Translations under genes and position numbers: made by a program
The notes under the pieces: model-generated
Database searches by the model: none
Told to the model about the DNA's origin: nothing
Seen by the model: the letters and a program-made list of their open reading frames with translations, nothing else
Shown here: one piece after another, positions 1 through 9,594 of the stretch
Position numbering within the stretch: position 1 is the stretch's first letter
Layout of the letters: every line of letters starts with the position of its first letter
Sequence record: NC_091964.1
Length of the DNA stretch: 64,000 nucleotides
Reading direction: 5' to 3' (one strand)

Positions 1-10
1 GGGTGGAGTA

Positions 11-262
11 ATGGAAAGAGATGTTCTGAAGGCATGGGACAATCGTATTGAGATTACGTTTATCTCTGATCCCGGTATGGCCCCTCATCGCGGTACTGAG
101 CACCGTACTACCACCATCATTTCTCAGTACAAGGATGGGCTTCTAGCACTGGAGAAGAAAGAAGAGGAAGTTACTAATTTCTCTCCTCGTTCTCCTTACC
201 AATCGCTGGATGAATTACTGGTTAGTCGTTTCCCCGTTATCTCGGAAGGAAGAGTAGAATGA
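11..262 (+). CDS. Hypothetical protein, 83 aa
   Basis: GGAG RBS at 5-8; stop overlaps the next start. Confidence 0.7.
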   Translation: MERDVLKAWDNRIEITFISDPGMAPHRGTEHRTTTIISQYKDGLLALEKKEEEVTNFSPRSPYQSLDELLVSRFPVISEGRVE

Positions 263-696
263 GAGACTATCGTCAGATGCTGTTCCAGTTAACGCTCATC
301 GTTAACGCTATTCGTTACTTCCGCGGAGAATTAATTGGCGCTTGCTTCGAAAGTAGAATCGGTCACCACACCCTAACCGATGTTCCTGGTTATTACGGTG
401 TGGCACTTAACCCTTCTCTTGGCGATATGCTTCCGCCACTGCCGCCTAATGATAGCGCGCTTTTCAACCGGATAACCATTCACGACAAGACCGGCCTTAA
501 TTTAAAGACGGAACATCTATTCGGTGGTGGTAATCGTAACGATATCAGCGAACAGGATGCTTTGTGGTGGTGGGGTCAAATTCGTGAATATGTCCTGGCA
601 AAAGACACACCTTACCCTCGGCTGACGTCCATGTGTGATCTGTACATGGATTATATCGACGGCATTGAAGAAAAATGGCAAGCTATTAATCAATAA
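259..696 (+). CDS. Hypothetical protein, 145 aa
   Basis: Coupled to the upstream ORF and followed by a terminator. Confidence 0.75.
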   Translation: MRDYRQMLFQLTLIVNAIRYFRGELIGACFESRIGHHTLTDVPGYYGVALNPSLGDMLPPLPPNDSALFNRITIHDKTGLNLKTEHLFGGGNRNDISEQDALWWWGQIREYVLAKDTPYPRLTSMCDLYMDYIDGIEEKWQAINQ

Positions 697-728
697 AAAC
701 AGGGGCTTCATGCCCCTGTTTTTTTTTT
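696..728 (+). terminator. Intrinsic terminator
   Basis: AAAAACAGGGGC-TTCAT-GCCCCTGTTTTT plus T-run. Confidence 0.85.
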
Positions 729-782
729 GACATTATTAGAACATCTTATGCTAATACCCATTAACTTTACACGGACACAGCC

Positions 783-1889
783 ATGCAATACAGCACTTTT
801 GACCAACGTAAAAATGACCCATTAAAAGAACCAATGTTCTTTGGTCAGTCAGTCAACGTTTCACGCTATGATCAGCAGAAGTACGAGATCTTCGAAAAGC
901 TGATTGAAAAACAACTTTCCTTCTTCTGGCGCCCGGAAGAAGTAGATGTCTCTCAGGACCGTATCGACTTCAATGCGTTACCGGACCATGAGAAACACAT
1001 CTTTATCTCCAACCTGAAGTACCAAACTCTTCTGGACTCCATTCAAGGCCGTAGTCCTAACGTCGCGTTGTTACCGTTAGCGTCTCTGCCGGAACTGGAA
1101 ACGTGGATTGAAACCTGGGCGTTCAGTGAAACTATTCACAGCCGTTCCTACACTCACATCATCCGCAACATCGTAAACGACCCGGCACTGATCTTCGATG
1201 ATATCGTTGTCAACGAACATATCCTGGCGCGTGCTAAGCCAATCGCTAAGTACTACGACGACCTGATCGAAATGACGCAGCGCTACAACCTCGATGGTGA
1301 GATGACTGGCGTTAAGCTGCGTGATATCAAAAAGCAGCTCTACATCTGCCTGATGTCAGTTAACGCATTGGAAGCAATTCGCTTCTACGTTTCCTTCGCA
1401 TGTTCGTTCGCGTTCGTTGAACGTAGTCTGATGGAAGGTAACGGTAAGATCATTAAGTTGATCGCTCGCGATGAAGCACTGCACCTGACCGGTACTCAAC
1501 ACATGCTGAACCTACTGCGCAGCGGTGCTGATGATCCTGAAATGGCAGAGATCGCTAAAGAGTGCGAACAGGAATGCTATGATCTGTTCCTGGAAGCAGC
1601 TAATCAGGAAAAAGAGTGGGCCGATTATCTCTTTATCGACGGTTCAATGATCGGTCTGAACAAAGATATCCTGCACAAGTACATCGAGTACATTACGAAC
1701 ATCCGTATGCAGGCTGTAGGGCTCGCTCTGCCGTTTAAAACCAAAGAGAACCCTATCCCATGGATTAACGCTCACCTCGTGTCAGACAACGTACAGGTCG
1801 CACCACAGGAGGTTGAAGTTTCATCCTATCTGGTAGGTCAGATCGATGCTGATGTCAACACAGAAGACTTCGGTGACTTCCAACTATAA
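783..1889 (+). CDS. nrdB: Ribonucleotide reductase class Ia beta subunit
   Basis: [33 protein letters not shown] and DEALH di-iron and radical motifs; closely resembles enterobacterial NrdB. Confidence 0.97.
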   Translation: MQYSTFDQRKNDPLKEPMFFGQSVNVSRYDQQKYEIFEKLIEKQLSFFWRPEEVDVSQDRIDFNALPDHEKHIFISNLKYQTLLDSIQGRSPNVALLPLASLPELETWIETWAFSETIHSRSYTHIIRNIVNDPALIFDDIVVNEHILARAKPIAKYYDDLIEMTQRYNLDGEMTGVKLRDIKKQLYICLMSVNALEAIRFYVSFACSFAFVERSLMEGNGKIIKLIARDEALHLTGTQHMLNLLRSGADDPEMAEIAKECEQECYDLFLEAANQEKEWADYLFIDGSMIGLNKDILHKYIEYITNIRMQAVGLALPFKTKENPIPWINAHLVSDNVQVAPQEVEVSSYLVGQIDADVNTEDFGDFQL

Positions 1890-1898
1890 GGAGGCGTT

Positions 1899-2246
1899 AT
1901 GGAACAGACCAGACTTCCGACGATGCGTATGTATCGTCACTATAAGGGCGGCGAATATCTTCTGATTGCTATTGCTAACGAAGGTTCTGATCGCGAGGGG
2001 TTCGAACCTACTGCGGTCTACCATTCGTTGAAAGAGGGTAAAATATATTCTCGTGCCTTATCTGAGTTTTCGGATAAGTTCACGCTGATTGAGCCGGAAG
2101 AGAAGGTTATTCCGGTTATAGTTCAGCACGGCGCGTCGATAACTATATCCACTGAGCTAGGATGCTTCAATCGTCCTTTTAGAGCCGCAGAGATCCCTGA
2201 AGCGTTATTCGTTGCTTTTAATAAAGACATCGCTTTCGAGCTATAA
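1899..2246 (+). CDS. DUF1653-like domain protein
   Basis: N-terminal YRHYKGGEY...VYHSL...IYSRALSEF signature. Confidence 0.7.
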   Translation: MEQTRLPTMRMYRHYKGGEYLLIAIANEGSDREGFEPTAVYHSLKEGKIYSRALSEFSDKFTLIEPEEKVIPVIVQHGASITISTELGCFNRPFRAAEIPEALFVAFNKDIAFEL

Positions 2247-2251
2247 CAAGG

Positions 2252-2329
2252 GAAGGGCTCAGGCCCTTCTTTTTTTTTTGCTTTTGCAGATGAGACAAAA
2301 AAAAAACAATAAGGAGCCCGAAGGCTCCT
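2252..2329. terminator. Back-to-back terminators of convergent genes
   Basis: Plus strand GAAGGGC-TCAG-GCCCTTC-T10; minus strand AGGAGCC-CGAA-GGCTCCT with A-run and TGAGAC. Confidence 0.85.
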
Positions 2330-2335
2330 CGTATG

Positions 2336-3112
2336 TTAACTACCCTGCTGTCCGCCTTTGGTAAGGTCGGTCATCGGAGAGCTTTTGATGCCGTCGTTGA
2401 TATGGTTTACGATCAGTTGATCGCGTTTACCCATCACCTCACCTGGTCCACTTGCGTTGTCGAGAGGATCAGTCTCTTTTCTCCCCAGCTCAACTTCGAG
2501 AGTTTCCTGAACCGGTTCCAGGTAGAAGTAATCAATCGCAGTACGGTGTCCAGGTCCAGCCTTAACCGGCATGATAACGTAACCAACTTTTTCCTGGAGT
2601 GCTTCATTAAGATAAGCAAACGCAGGCTCCATACCAACATTCTTGCGGCATGGTAAGTTGAAGCGATCGAACTCGATCGTCATGTCGATGATTGCGGGGT
2701 TCAACTGCTCCAGCACTGACGTGACATAAGCAGCGATCTCTTGCAGCTCTTCAGATGCTTCCAGGTAGAACTTGCCTGGGAGTTTAATCTCGAACAGCTG
2801 AGCAACTGCTTCCATTTTACCGCTATCATCCATACCGAACAAGAACGGTGTGTAAGGACGATGAGTTGAGATCGTCTTATTCTGCTCCTGGATATAAACG
2901 GTATGCGGCGTATGGATAACCGACAGGACCTCGCGCGACTTACGGTTACGGAAGATGATAATGTTACCTTCGTTGAATACGGAAGAACGTACTTCAACAG
3001 ACTCATCTTCTTGCAACGGCATGATCTCTTCGCCCTGAATAAAAGGCATGAGTTCTTCTACCGTGTTTGCAATACCGGAGGATACAATCTTAACATACGT
3101 GTTAGGTTTCAT
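2336..3112 (-). CDS. Hypothetical protein, 258 aa (possibly late or virion)
   Basis: Long ORF with its own terminator; minus-strand TATG elements upstream at 3196-3199 and 3237-3240. Confidence 0.75.
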   Translation of the reverse strand: MKPNTYVKIVSSGIANTVEELMPFIQGEEIMPLQEDESVEVRSSVFNEGNIIIFRNRKSREVLSVIHTPHTVYIQEQNKTISTHRPYTPFLFGMDDSGKMEAVAQLFEIKLPGKFYLEASEELQEIAAYVTSVLEQLNPAIIDMTIEFDRFNLPCRKNVGMEPAFAYLNEALQEKVGYVIMPVKAGPGHRTAIDYFYLEPVQETLEVELGRKETDPLDNASGPGEVMGKRDQLIVNHINDGIKSSPMTDLTKGGQQGS

Positions 3113-3230
3113 TTCAATAAGCCTTGGTTACATGTTTATTTAAGTGGGTTTATGACTGTTTGGTGTTTAGTAGTGGTAGTGCAGTTAGTCATCTGCATAT
3201 AATGTCTTTTTCTACATCGTTACGTGTAAA

Positions 3231-3240
3231 TATGAACATA
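3231..3240. promoter_or_regulatory. Palindromic TATG-AA-CATA, candidate bidirectional late-type promoter
   Basis: Lies between divergent genes; TATG overlapping the start site is the known phiKZ late promoter element. Confidence 0.5.
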
Positions 3241-3301
3241 ACCTTCTGAAGAGATCATATGGCAGCAAGGACTGCCTAACTCTAAGAAATGGTATAGAAA
3301 A

Positions 3302-3892
3302 ATGACTAAGTTTACAGCAACAAATATTCGTCCCCTTTTAATAGGGTCGGGAGATCGTCCAAGTAAAGGAATTACACTTCGTTATCCGTCTGGTCCTGGT
3401 AAAGGATTCATGACAATACGATTCGTCGAGATACCTCTGGATTACGGTATTGAAAGTACGACTAAGTACGACGGGTTCCTATTACTGAGTTATAAGTGGA
3501 AGGAGAAGAAAGGTGAGGAGCGCGATGAGGATACAATCTTCTTGGGCGTACGCGGACAAGAGTGGGGTAACCTCTGTTCTGATCATCGAACGCTAAAACG
3601 TTTCTTAGACGAAGTAATATCACTTCATGCTAAGGAGCGAGGGATTGTTATCCTAAGCTACAAACCAAAAACGTTCCGCAATATAACTATAGACCGGAAT
3701 GGACCCGGTTTCAAGGTTAAAAATAATAAGCGGGCGGAATGCTTATTTAATAAGGAAAAGATTGTCGGGGATATCTTTGATTTCAAGATGTTCTCTTTTA
3801 TACCTCGCGGCACATTCCCGGTGAACAGCAACAAGTATACTGAGATGGTTCGCACTTGCATTTTAAACAATACTCGCTTTGTTGATATTTAA
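3302..3892 (+). CDS. Hypothetical protein, 196 aa
   Basis: First ORF of the rightward unit. Confidence 0.7.
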   Translation: MTKFTATNIRPLLIGSGDRPSKGITLRYPSGPGKGFMTIRFVEIPLDYGIESTTKYDGFLLLSYKWKEKKGEERDEDTIFLGVRGQEWGNLCSDHRTLKRFLDEVISLHAKERGIVILSYKPKTFRNITIDRNGPGFKVKNNKRAECLFNKEKIVGDIFDFKMFSFIPRGTFPVNSNKYTEMVRTCILNNTRFVDI

Positions 3893-3901
3893 GGACTACG
3901 C

Positions 3902-4264
3902 ATGAACCAAATCGATTTAACTCCTCAGGCTACTTTCGTTACCGCTGCTGTTGATTCGAAAGAATGGGTTAACTGGAAAGAGATTGCTGAGATCTTCCCG
4001 CAATACGAGGAAGACTATCTCGGTGCGATGTACAAACCGATGATCACTTTCTCCACTATTCCTGCCGCGCCGGACGAAGACTTTAACAGCGGACTGATTG
4101 CAGTAGTGCGTTTAGCTACAGGTTATCAGGAAGTTGTTATGTCACGTCCTCTGCCGCATAACCTCCAGAACTATAATCTGGTTGAAGGATTTACTCGCGC
4201 TGTCGACATGATCCTTAAGGCTGTTGGCGATTTCCACGCTGTTTCTGTTTATCTGAAAAAGTAG
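3902..4264 (+). CDS. Hypothetical protein, 120 aa
   Basis: AAGGA RBS; phage-typical codon use. Confidence 0.8.
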   Translation: MNQIDLTPQATFVTAAVDSKEWVNWKEIAEIFPQYEEDYLGAMYKPMITFSTIPAAPDEDFNSGLIAVVRLATGYQEVVMSRPLPHNLQNYNLVEGFTRAVDMILKAVGDFHAVSVYLKK

Positions 4265-4270
4265 GTACTA

Positions 4271-4615
4271 ATGGACCATTTAACTTCTCTTAGCCTCGGG
4301 CAAGTGGAAGTTGGTCAATTGATCATACCGGTCGGAACTATCGGGCCGGTATTCATCAAGGTTGGGGATGGCATTTATATCCCCGGCGACCAATTCCGCG
4401 AGATGGCAGCGGGCGACGATATTTCATCTATCGAAAAACGCCGTGCTTTTATTTTAAAGACTTCGTTCGATAGTGTCTTATCTAAACAAGGTCTGGGACA
4501 TCAGGCATTCTTTGCACTGACTGATGAAGAGGTACATTTACTGTACGTTGACTGCAAAAAGCTACGGGGTAATCCACATGTCTGCACTGATCGTTCTGTT
4601 GGTGCTCGTCACTAA
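4271..4615 (+). CDS. Hypothetical protein, 114 aa
   Basis: AGGT RBS; tight packing. Confidence 0.7.
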   Translation: MDHLTSLSLGQVEVGQLIIPVGTIGPVFIKVGDGIYIPGDQFREMAAGDDISSIEKRRAFILKTSFDSVLSKQGLGHQAFFALTDEEVHLLYVDCKKLRGNPHVCTDRSVGARH

Positions 4616-4916
4616 CTTCGCGTCTGGTCATTCTATTGACTGGAAACAAGAGCAATCTCTTCGCGTCGGTAAGCTTAAGCATTCCTGGACGATGTTAATT
4701 CTGAACGGGGCAACTTTTGTAGGCATTGTTTCGTGGGCAGGCTTCGGCATACTCACTGCGTGGGCGATTATACTCTCTGTCGGGTTCCTATTACCTCTGG
4801 CGCAGATTCCCTACAACGGTCGTTACAACTTTGCCTTTGCTAATGGCTGGCGACGTTACCGTTCGTTGAAGCACTGGACCTACGGCGCTGGTTTGGTAGC
4901 GTGGTGCTTCTTCTAA
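4578..4916 (+). CDS. Small multi-pass membrane protein (~112 aa)
   Basis: ATG 4578 after GGGGT; three to four hydrophobic segments. Confidence 0.7.
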   Translation: MSALIVLLVLVTNFASGHSIDWKQEQSLRVGKLKHSWTMLILNGATFVGIVSWAGFGILTAWAIILSVGFLLPLAQIPYNGRYNFAFANGWRRYRSLKHWTYGAGLVAWCFF

Positions 4917-4930
4917 ATAAATCTTGGCGA

Positions 4931-4945
4931 TATATTACTTAAGTG
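4931..4945 (+). promoter_or_regulatory. Early-type promoter
   Basis: TATATTACTTAAGTG contains the phiKZ early consensus TATATTAC. Confidence 0.7.
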
Positions 4946-5410
4946 ATATTAATCCATCACCCCATGGGCGGTAGATGTTCTTACTCTAAGAAAGGAGTAT
5001 CACTTTTGTTATTGCACAAGTTGAAGTACGATTTTAAGCTCGAAGTTTCAGGCCGGGAAGGCCGACAAGATCCTCTCCATGTTTATAGCATCACCTGCAC
5101 GTTGTACGAAACTAAAAGAAGACCAAACCCTGTACCTGAAAAGTTGTTAAAGACTTTTCAGAGTACGGGCGTTTGTGTCGTCGGCTTTTTAGAAGGACAC
5201 CGTGTAGAGCGTGAGAAAGTATGGGGAGGGTTCGAATACCGTTTGAAACGGGAAACCCAGATATTCGTAGGGAATACTCTCGAGAACACCATGGAACAAA
5301 TGGAAGCGTTCATTCAAGAGTCTATTCGCCTTAAAGATAAGTTTAGACCGCGCAGACCAAAAGCAGAAAAAGCCGTGGAACGTTTAACTAAATACAGTAG
5401 AGGTTACTAA
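4943..5410 (+). CDS. Hypothetical protein (true start probably a TTG near 5005)
   Basis: Annotated GTG overlaps the promoter; AAGGAG RBS near 4992. Confidence 0.65.
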   Translation: MILIHHPMGGRCSYSKKGVSLLLLHKLKYDFKLEVSGREGRQDPLHVYSITCTLYETKRRPNPVPEKLLKTFQSTGVCVVGFLEGHRVEREKVWGGFEYRLKRETQIFVGNTLENTMEQMEAFIQESIRLKDKFRPRRPKAEKAVERLTKYSRGY

Positions 5411-6141
5411 TGATTTTATGTAAAGACCAGGCATCTTACGATGCGCTGATGGTGCTCTGTGATGAGTTCCCCGATTCAATTGGTAACGTAAGAGAACAAG
5501 CTCGAGTAATCCAGCCCCAGGAGCTAATCGATTTCCTGGATCCTAACCATAGCTCTGATAAGCCGGTGATGCTAGTAGACCTTAGTGTTGTCGCTAAGCT
5601 TCGTGCGCATGAGTTACTTCATCAGCGTATTATAGAAGAGCATAATCGGGATAGTGCTTATAAAGCTCTTCGGTTAGACCTTCCTAAGGACGGGAATGTA
5701 ATTGCTCTTGCAGAGCGCGTAGAAGCTGTAATGAAGAAAGCACAGACTCTACCAAGTAGCTTAGGCCGTAAACTGCAAGGCTACCTTGAATCAAAAGCAG
5801 ATGATAAATACAGGGTTATCGTCAGTGAAGCTATGGTTGCAGAGCTCGAACGTATTGCCGGAATTGAACACCCGTCTCATAAGGTCGCTATTATTGGTGG
5901 TATGCCTATACGCGCTGGCGGTAGCACCTTGCAGGGCATTGTTACAAAAATGATAACAGAGACTACTCGTACTATAATCGACGAGTCGCCATTTGCTTAT
6001 TTTGCTGAACCACGGCGTGAAGGTCACGAAGTCTCCAAGAAAGGCCGTCGTGACGTTGTGGTATCGAAGAAGGGTAACGCTTATCCTTTACCGAAAGGAC
6101 AGCGTGGAATGCCGCGTGTTGGTCGTACGAGGGGTCGTTGA
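5410..6141 (+). CDS. Hypothetical protein with basic C-terminal tail, 243 aa
   Basis: Coupled start and stop; Arg/Lys/Gly-rich tail. Confidence 0.75.
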   Translation: MILCKDQASYDALMVLCDEFPDSIGNVREQARVIQPQELIDFLDPNHSSDKPVMLVDLSVVAKLRAHELLHQRIIEEHNRDSAYKALRLDLPKDGNVIALAERVEAVMKKAQTLPSSLGRKLQGYLESKADDKYRVIVSEAMVAELERIAGIEHPSHKVAIIGGMPIRAGGSTLQGIVTKMITETTRTIIDESPFAYFAEPRREGHEVSKKGRRDVVVSKKGNAYPLPKGQRGMPRVGRTRGR

Positions 6142-6764
6142 TGGCTAAAGTCATTTCTTGTTACCTTCGTCCATCTACTCTACTCCTGGACTTCCCGGAG
6201 TTCTGGCGAAAAGAGTGTAATCTGATTCTGGGTAAGGCAATTGGGGGTAATGAGGTTGTATTACGCCCTGAGGATATTAAGTCGGCTAGCCTGTTACCGA
6301 AAAGCGATCACGTTCTAAACGAGTCACTAATTATCCAGTCCAATCACGCACACAGGTACGTCGTCAATTGTAACACAGATGACGTCGAGTGGTTCAATAC
6401 GTTTGTAAGGAAGTTCGTTGAGGAGTTTGAAGCTGGCGGTAATGATTTTATTTATTACCGTAATGAAGCTGGGAAGGTTCTTTGTAATCGTCGCATTGTC
6501 TGCGCTGCGATGCGTATTGATGGCGTTGTTGTACTTGGGGCTCGTCACGGGTCACCTTTGATGAACCAGGCTATTGATCATGCATTTGATCACGATGAAA
6601 CTCGTGTTATCGCGGCTATGAGGTCTGAGCATATTGAAGGGTTCACTGACCAATACGATGTGTTCTGGGATCGTAAACAAGCGTTGACTATCGCTATCTG
6701 CGCTGGTCAAATTCGTAAACGTACACATGACCGCGAACAACTGTGGTCGGAAGATGTCTGGTAA
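6138..6764 (+). CDS. Two-domain hypothetical protein with a conserved phage C-terminal domain
   Basis: IVCAA...GARH...EGFTDQY...RKQALTIA..GQI pattern recalled from many phage hypotheticals. Confidence 0.7.
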   Translation: MMAKVISCYLRPSTLLLDFPEFWRKECNLILGKAIGGNEVVLRPEDIKSASLLPKSDHVLNESLIIQSNHAHRYVVNCNTDDVEWFNTFVRKFVEEFEAGGNDFIYYRNEAGKVLCNRRIVCAAMRIDGVVVLGARHGSPLMNQAIDHAFDHDETRVIAAMRSEHIEGFTDQYDVFWDRKQALTIAICAGQIRKRTHDREQLWSEDVW

Positions 6765-6781
6765 TAAGGAAAAAATAAGAA

Positions 6782-7156
6782 ATGAATACACTCGCGTCGT
6801 TTGTTATCTCGGCGTTAATTGCGCTACCTTTCGTGCTCGAAACATTTAAGGCGCAACGAAGAACCGAGGCAGTGTACGGGCGACACTACCATGGTCATTT
6901 TGTAGATATCCCTAACGGGTATAAATACTTACCAACGATTGCTTCTGCGGCGCTGGTTCTGATGCTATTCGGTTTCCAGTCGATGTGCATTGCGACGCCC
7001 ATTGCATTTCTTTTCAACTGGGCGGTTGGTAATATCGTGTTTAGCTGGCAGCTGAAGTGGTGGCGCGCTCGTTACATCGGTATGTTTCTGGCAAACGGTT
7101 CTTCGTTTGTCTTCTTCTGGTTTCTCTGCCTTTATGGCTTATTCGGGATGGAATAA
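6782..7156 (+). CDS. Four-TM membrane protein, 124 aa
   Basis: Hydrophobicity pattern; AAGGAAAAAATAAGA leader. Confidence 0.8.
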   Translation: MNTLASFVISALIALPFVLETFKAQRRTEAVYGRHYHGHFVDIPNGYKYLPTIASAALVLMLFGFQSMCIATPIAFLFNWAVGNIVFSWQLKWWRARYIGMFLANGSSFVFFWFLCLYGLFGME

Positions 7157-7542
7157 TGGACGGTTCTCAAGTGGTTCGTGTAATTGTAGCTTTAGCTGCA
7201 TCAACTTTCATGTTCGCCTGGCTTCTGGTTAAGATTATCGAAAGACACACTGAACTCAAAGTCTATATCGAACAGAAAGCCGAATATCTCCTTGCGCCCA
7301 AGCGTGATATGCCAATGCTCGCTGTTTCCTTTATCATGCCTTCTATTCCGGTGGCTATGGTAAACAATGGTATTGTCTGGTCAGGCTTCTTCTTGGCGGT
7401 AACGCTATGGGCTATTCTTTCCGATATGTTTGCAACTAAACGTGAAGGCGACTTGTCGCATTACAAGATACTTGCATGGTCGTATTCGGTATCGTTTAGT
7501 GTCGGGATATTGACAATGGCGTACTGTCTTATTTTCGAGTAG
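7156..7542 (+). CDS. Four-TM membrane protein, 128 aa
   Basis: TAATG coupling; same topology as the upstream gene. Confidence 0.75.
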   Translation: MDGSQVVRVIVALAASTFMFAWLLVKIIERHTELKVYIEQKAEYLLAPKRDMPMLAVSFIMPSIPVAMVNNGIVWSGFFLAVTLWAILSDMFATKREGDLSHYKILAWSYSVSFSVGILTMAYCLIFE

Positions 7543-7550
7543 GGTCAATT

Positions 7551-8114
7551 ATGTTCCAGTACACGGGCGTAGGTAGTCGAGATATTAGCGAGGAAGAAGA
7601 AGATCTTATATTTAACCTCGCTTATCACTTAGCTTCTATTGGCGGTAGATTAAGGTCTGGTAATGCACCGGGTTCTGATTTTACTTTCGAAGGAGGGCAT
7701 TGGCAGGCTTACGCTGATGGTTTGTGTAACTTCTTACCAGAGATATACGTCCCGTGGGCTGGTTTTGAACATGGAGATTTCCCCGGTAAACATCGCTATA
7801 TGTCTGAACGTAACCTAGGCTACGAATGGAGAAATGCTGCCCAGCTTATTTCAAAAATTCATCCTGCCTGGGATTATCTGAAACGAGGAGCAAAAGCGCT
7901 ACATACACGCAACGGATTTCAACCTCTAGGCCCATGGCTGTCTCATCCGTCGAAGTTACTACTAGCTTGTAGCGACATCGATAAGAAGGGTATTCCAAAA
8001 GGCGGTACACGTACTGCCTGGGTTCTAGCAACTGACTTTGGTATACCATGCTTTAATCTGCGTGGTAAAACTTTACACGAAGCAGAAAGCTTCATTAATT
8101 CCATTATCTGGTAA
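7551..8114 (+). CDS. SLOG-superfamily (DprA/YspA-like) nucleotide-binding protein
   Basis: YTGVGSR, LRSGNAPGSD, GGTRTAW and IPCFNL motifs. Confidence 0.8.
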   Translation: MFQYTGVGSRDISEEEEDLIFNLAYHLASIGGRLRSGNAPGSDFTFEGGHWQAYADGLCNFLPEIYVPWAGFEHGDFPGKHRYMSERNLGYEWRNAAQLISKIHPAWDYLKRGAKALHTRNGFQPLGPWLSHPSKLLLACSDIDKKGIPKGGTRTAWVLATDFGIPCFNLRGKTLHEAESFINSIIW

Positions 8115-8124
8115 ATAAAAATAA

Positions 8125-9153
8125 ATGAAACGCATTGTAATCGCTATTAATAATTCCGAGTTCAGTAACCAGTTTGCGCTTAACGATTTCCATGGGGTTA
8201 TTAATAACCCTAAGCATGGTAAGGTCGAATACTTCATTCACCGTAACCCGATGATGAAGATCAGTCCGGTTGGCGGATTGAAATCAAACTTCGATGTGTT
8301 GATAAATAACCCTTATCCGGGCGAGTCTACGGAGGGTGCTGACTTTATTAGTCTTCTTAAGCCACATCAACTCTTCACTAACAAGCGTGAAGCGAAGTCA
8401 ATCATGCGCCATCGACTGAATAGCATCGGTCCGTACTACAAGGGATTCACTCCTATCCCTGCATGGAAGACAACTGATCCTCTTCTACTGGGTCAGAGCG
8501 GTGGCTGGGGCAATGACATTGCTGGTATGGTTGTACTCAAAGACGAACATGGTGCTCGTGGTGCAGGCCAAGTATTGTTCTACGTAGGCGACCATTCTCC
8601 TGCTTGCGTTATCAGGGCAATTAAAGATCAGGCCGAAAAGCTCCATGAACTGGAAGAAAAACCTCGTACCGATCAAGAAATCATCGACGACATTAAGAAG
8701 GTTATCCCTAACGTTAAACTGGGTTACGATCTTAACGTTGGTATTCGTGAAACGGTTACCAAGCTTTCTACTAACGGGACCTACATTGAGCAGTTTGTCC
8801 CTGGTGTTAAAGAAGAGTTTCGTATTCTTCTTTGCCCTGGCAACCATTATGTCTTTAGTCGCGAGATTGAAAACGTTGATGGGTATAAACAAGCCTGCGG
8901 TTCCAAAGGTGGTATGCGTAAACCGGTAACTGATCCCCGTGTACTTGCGGTGGCTGCTGACGCCGTCGAACTTCTGAACAAAGCCGGTGTCGTTTACGGT
9001 TCTGCTGATTTGTTCGTTACCGATGAAGGTTGGGGTATTTTCGAATACTCTTCTCAGTTCGCTGCTAACGGTGTGGCTTCTGAATACAGCCGTGAAATTC
9101 AGACTGGCCTGATCAATCACGTTATTGAAAAATTCCTGGACGGAGAAAAATAA
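8125..9153 (+). CDS. ATP-grasp (RimK-like) ligase
   Basis: VVLKDEHGARGAGQVL, YIEQFV, EFRIL and GSADLF...GIFE motifs. Confidence 0.75.
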   Translation: MKRIVIAINNSEFSNQFALNDFHGVINNPKHGKVEYFIHRNPMMKISPVGGLKSNFDVLINNPYPGESTEGADFISLLKPHQLFTNKREAKSIMRHRLNSIGPYYKGFTPIPAWKTTDPLLLGQSGGWGNDIAGMVVLKDEHGARGAGQVLFYVGDHSPACVIRAIKDQAEKLHELEEKPRTDQEIIDDIKKVIPNVKLGYDLNVGIRETVTKLSTNGTYIEQFVPGVKEEFRILLCPGNHYVFSREIENVDGYKQACGSKGGMRKPVTDPRVLAVAADAVELLNKAGVVYGSADLFVTDEGWGIFEYSSQFAANGVASEYSREIQTGLINHVIEKFLDGEK

Positions 9154-9551
9154 TGAGAAGTTCTGATATTGATAAGTTGCTCGCTATTCCGTACATTCAA
9201 GAACTCTTGGATGAAGCTGGGCATTCAATGGAATGTTTCCGGCAAAATGTTGAAGAGTTCATTCCTGAAGTTACACCTAACGCTCAGTGGATCGAGGAGA
9301 ACGGGGTAGATCCTTTTGACGGGAGTTACAACTGTGAACGCAGTGAGCTCCCGATGGGACAGATGTCGGATTATGAGTTTGCCAACGAGCTCTTCCTGCA
9401 CGGCGATAACCAACCGTCAATCCAGGAACTGTTAGCGGGTACGAAGAAACGTCCTATCGTCTGGTTAACAGCCGGTAAAGAACGTATCCGTTGGTTAAGC
9501 TGGCAGAACCATCTGCTTGAGCAAGAAGTTAAACGTTTGAAAGGTCTGTAA
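9153..9551 (+). CDS. Hypothetical protein, 132 aa
   Basis: TAATG coupling to the ATP-grasp gene; followed by a terminator. Confidence 0.75.
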   Translation: MRSSDIDKLLAIPYIQELLDEAGHSMECFRQNVEEFIPEVTPNAQWIEENGVDPFDGSYNCERSELPMGQMSDYEFANELFLHGDNQPSIQELLAGTKKRPIVWLTAGKERIRWLSWQNHLLEQEVKRLKGL

Positions 9552-9555
9552 TAAC

Positions 9556-9582
9556 AGAGGGCTTCGGCCCTCTAGTTTTTTT
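9556..9582 (+). terminator. Intrinsic terminator
   Basis: AGAGGGC-TTCG-GCCCTCT plus T-run. Confidence 0.85.
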
Positions 9583-9594
9583 GTCGGGGAAATC

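Noticed and set aside
2903-3202. 99-aa plus-strand ORF and the plus-strand ORF at 2333-2656
   Set aside because: Both lie antisense to the better-supported 2336-3112 gene.
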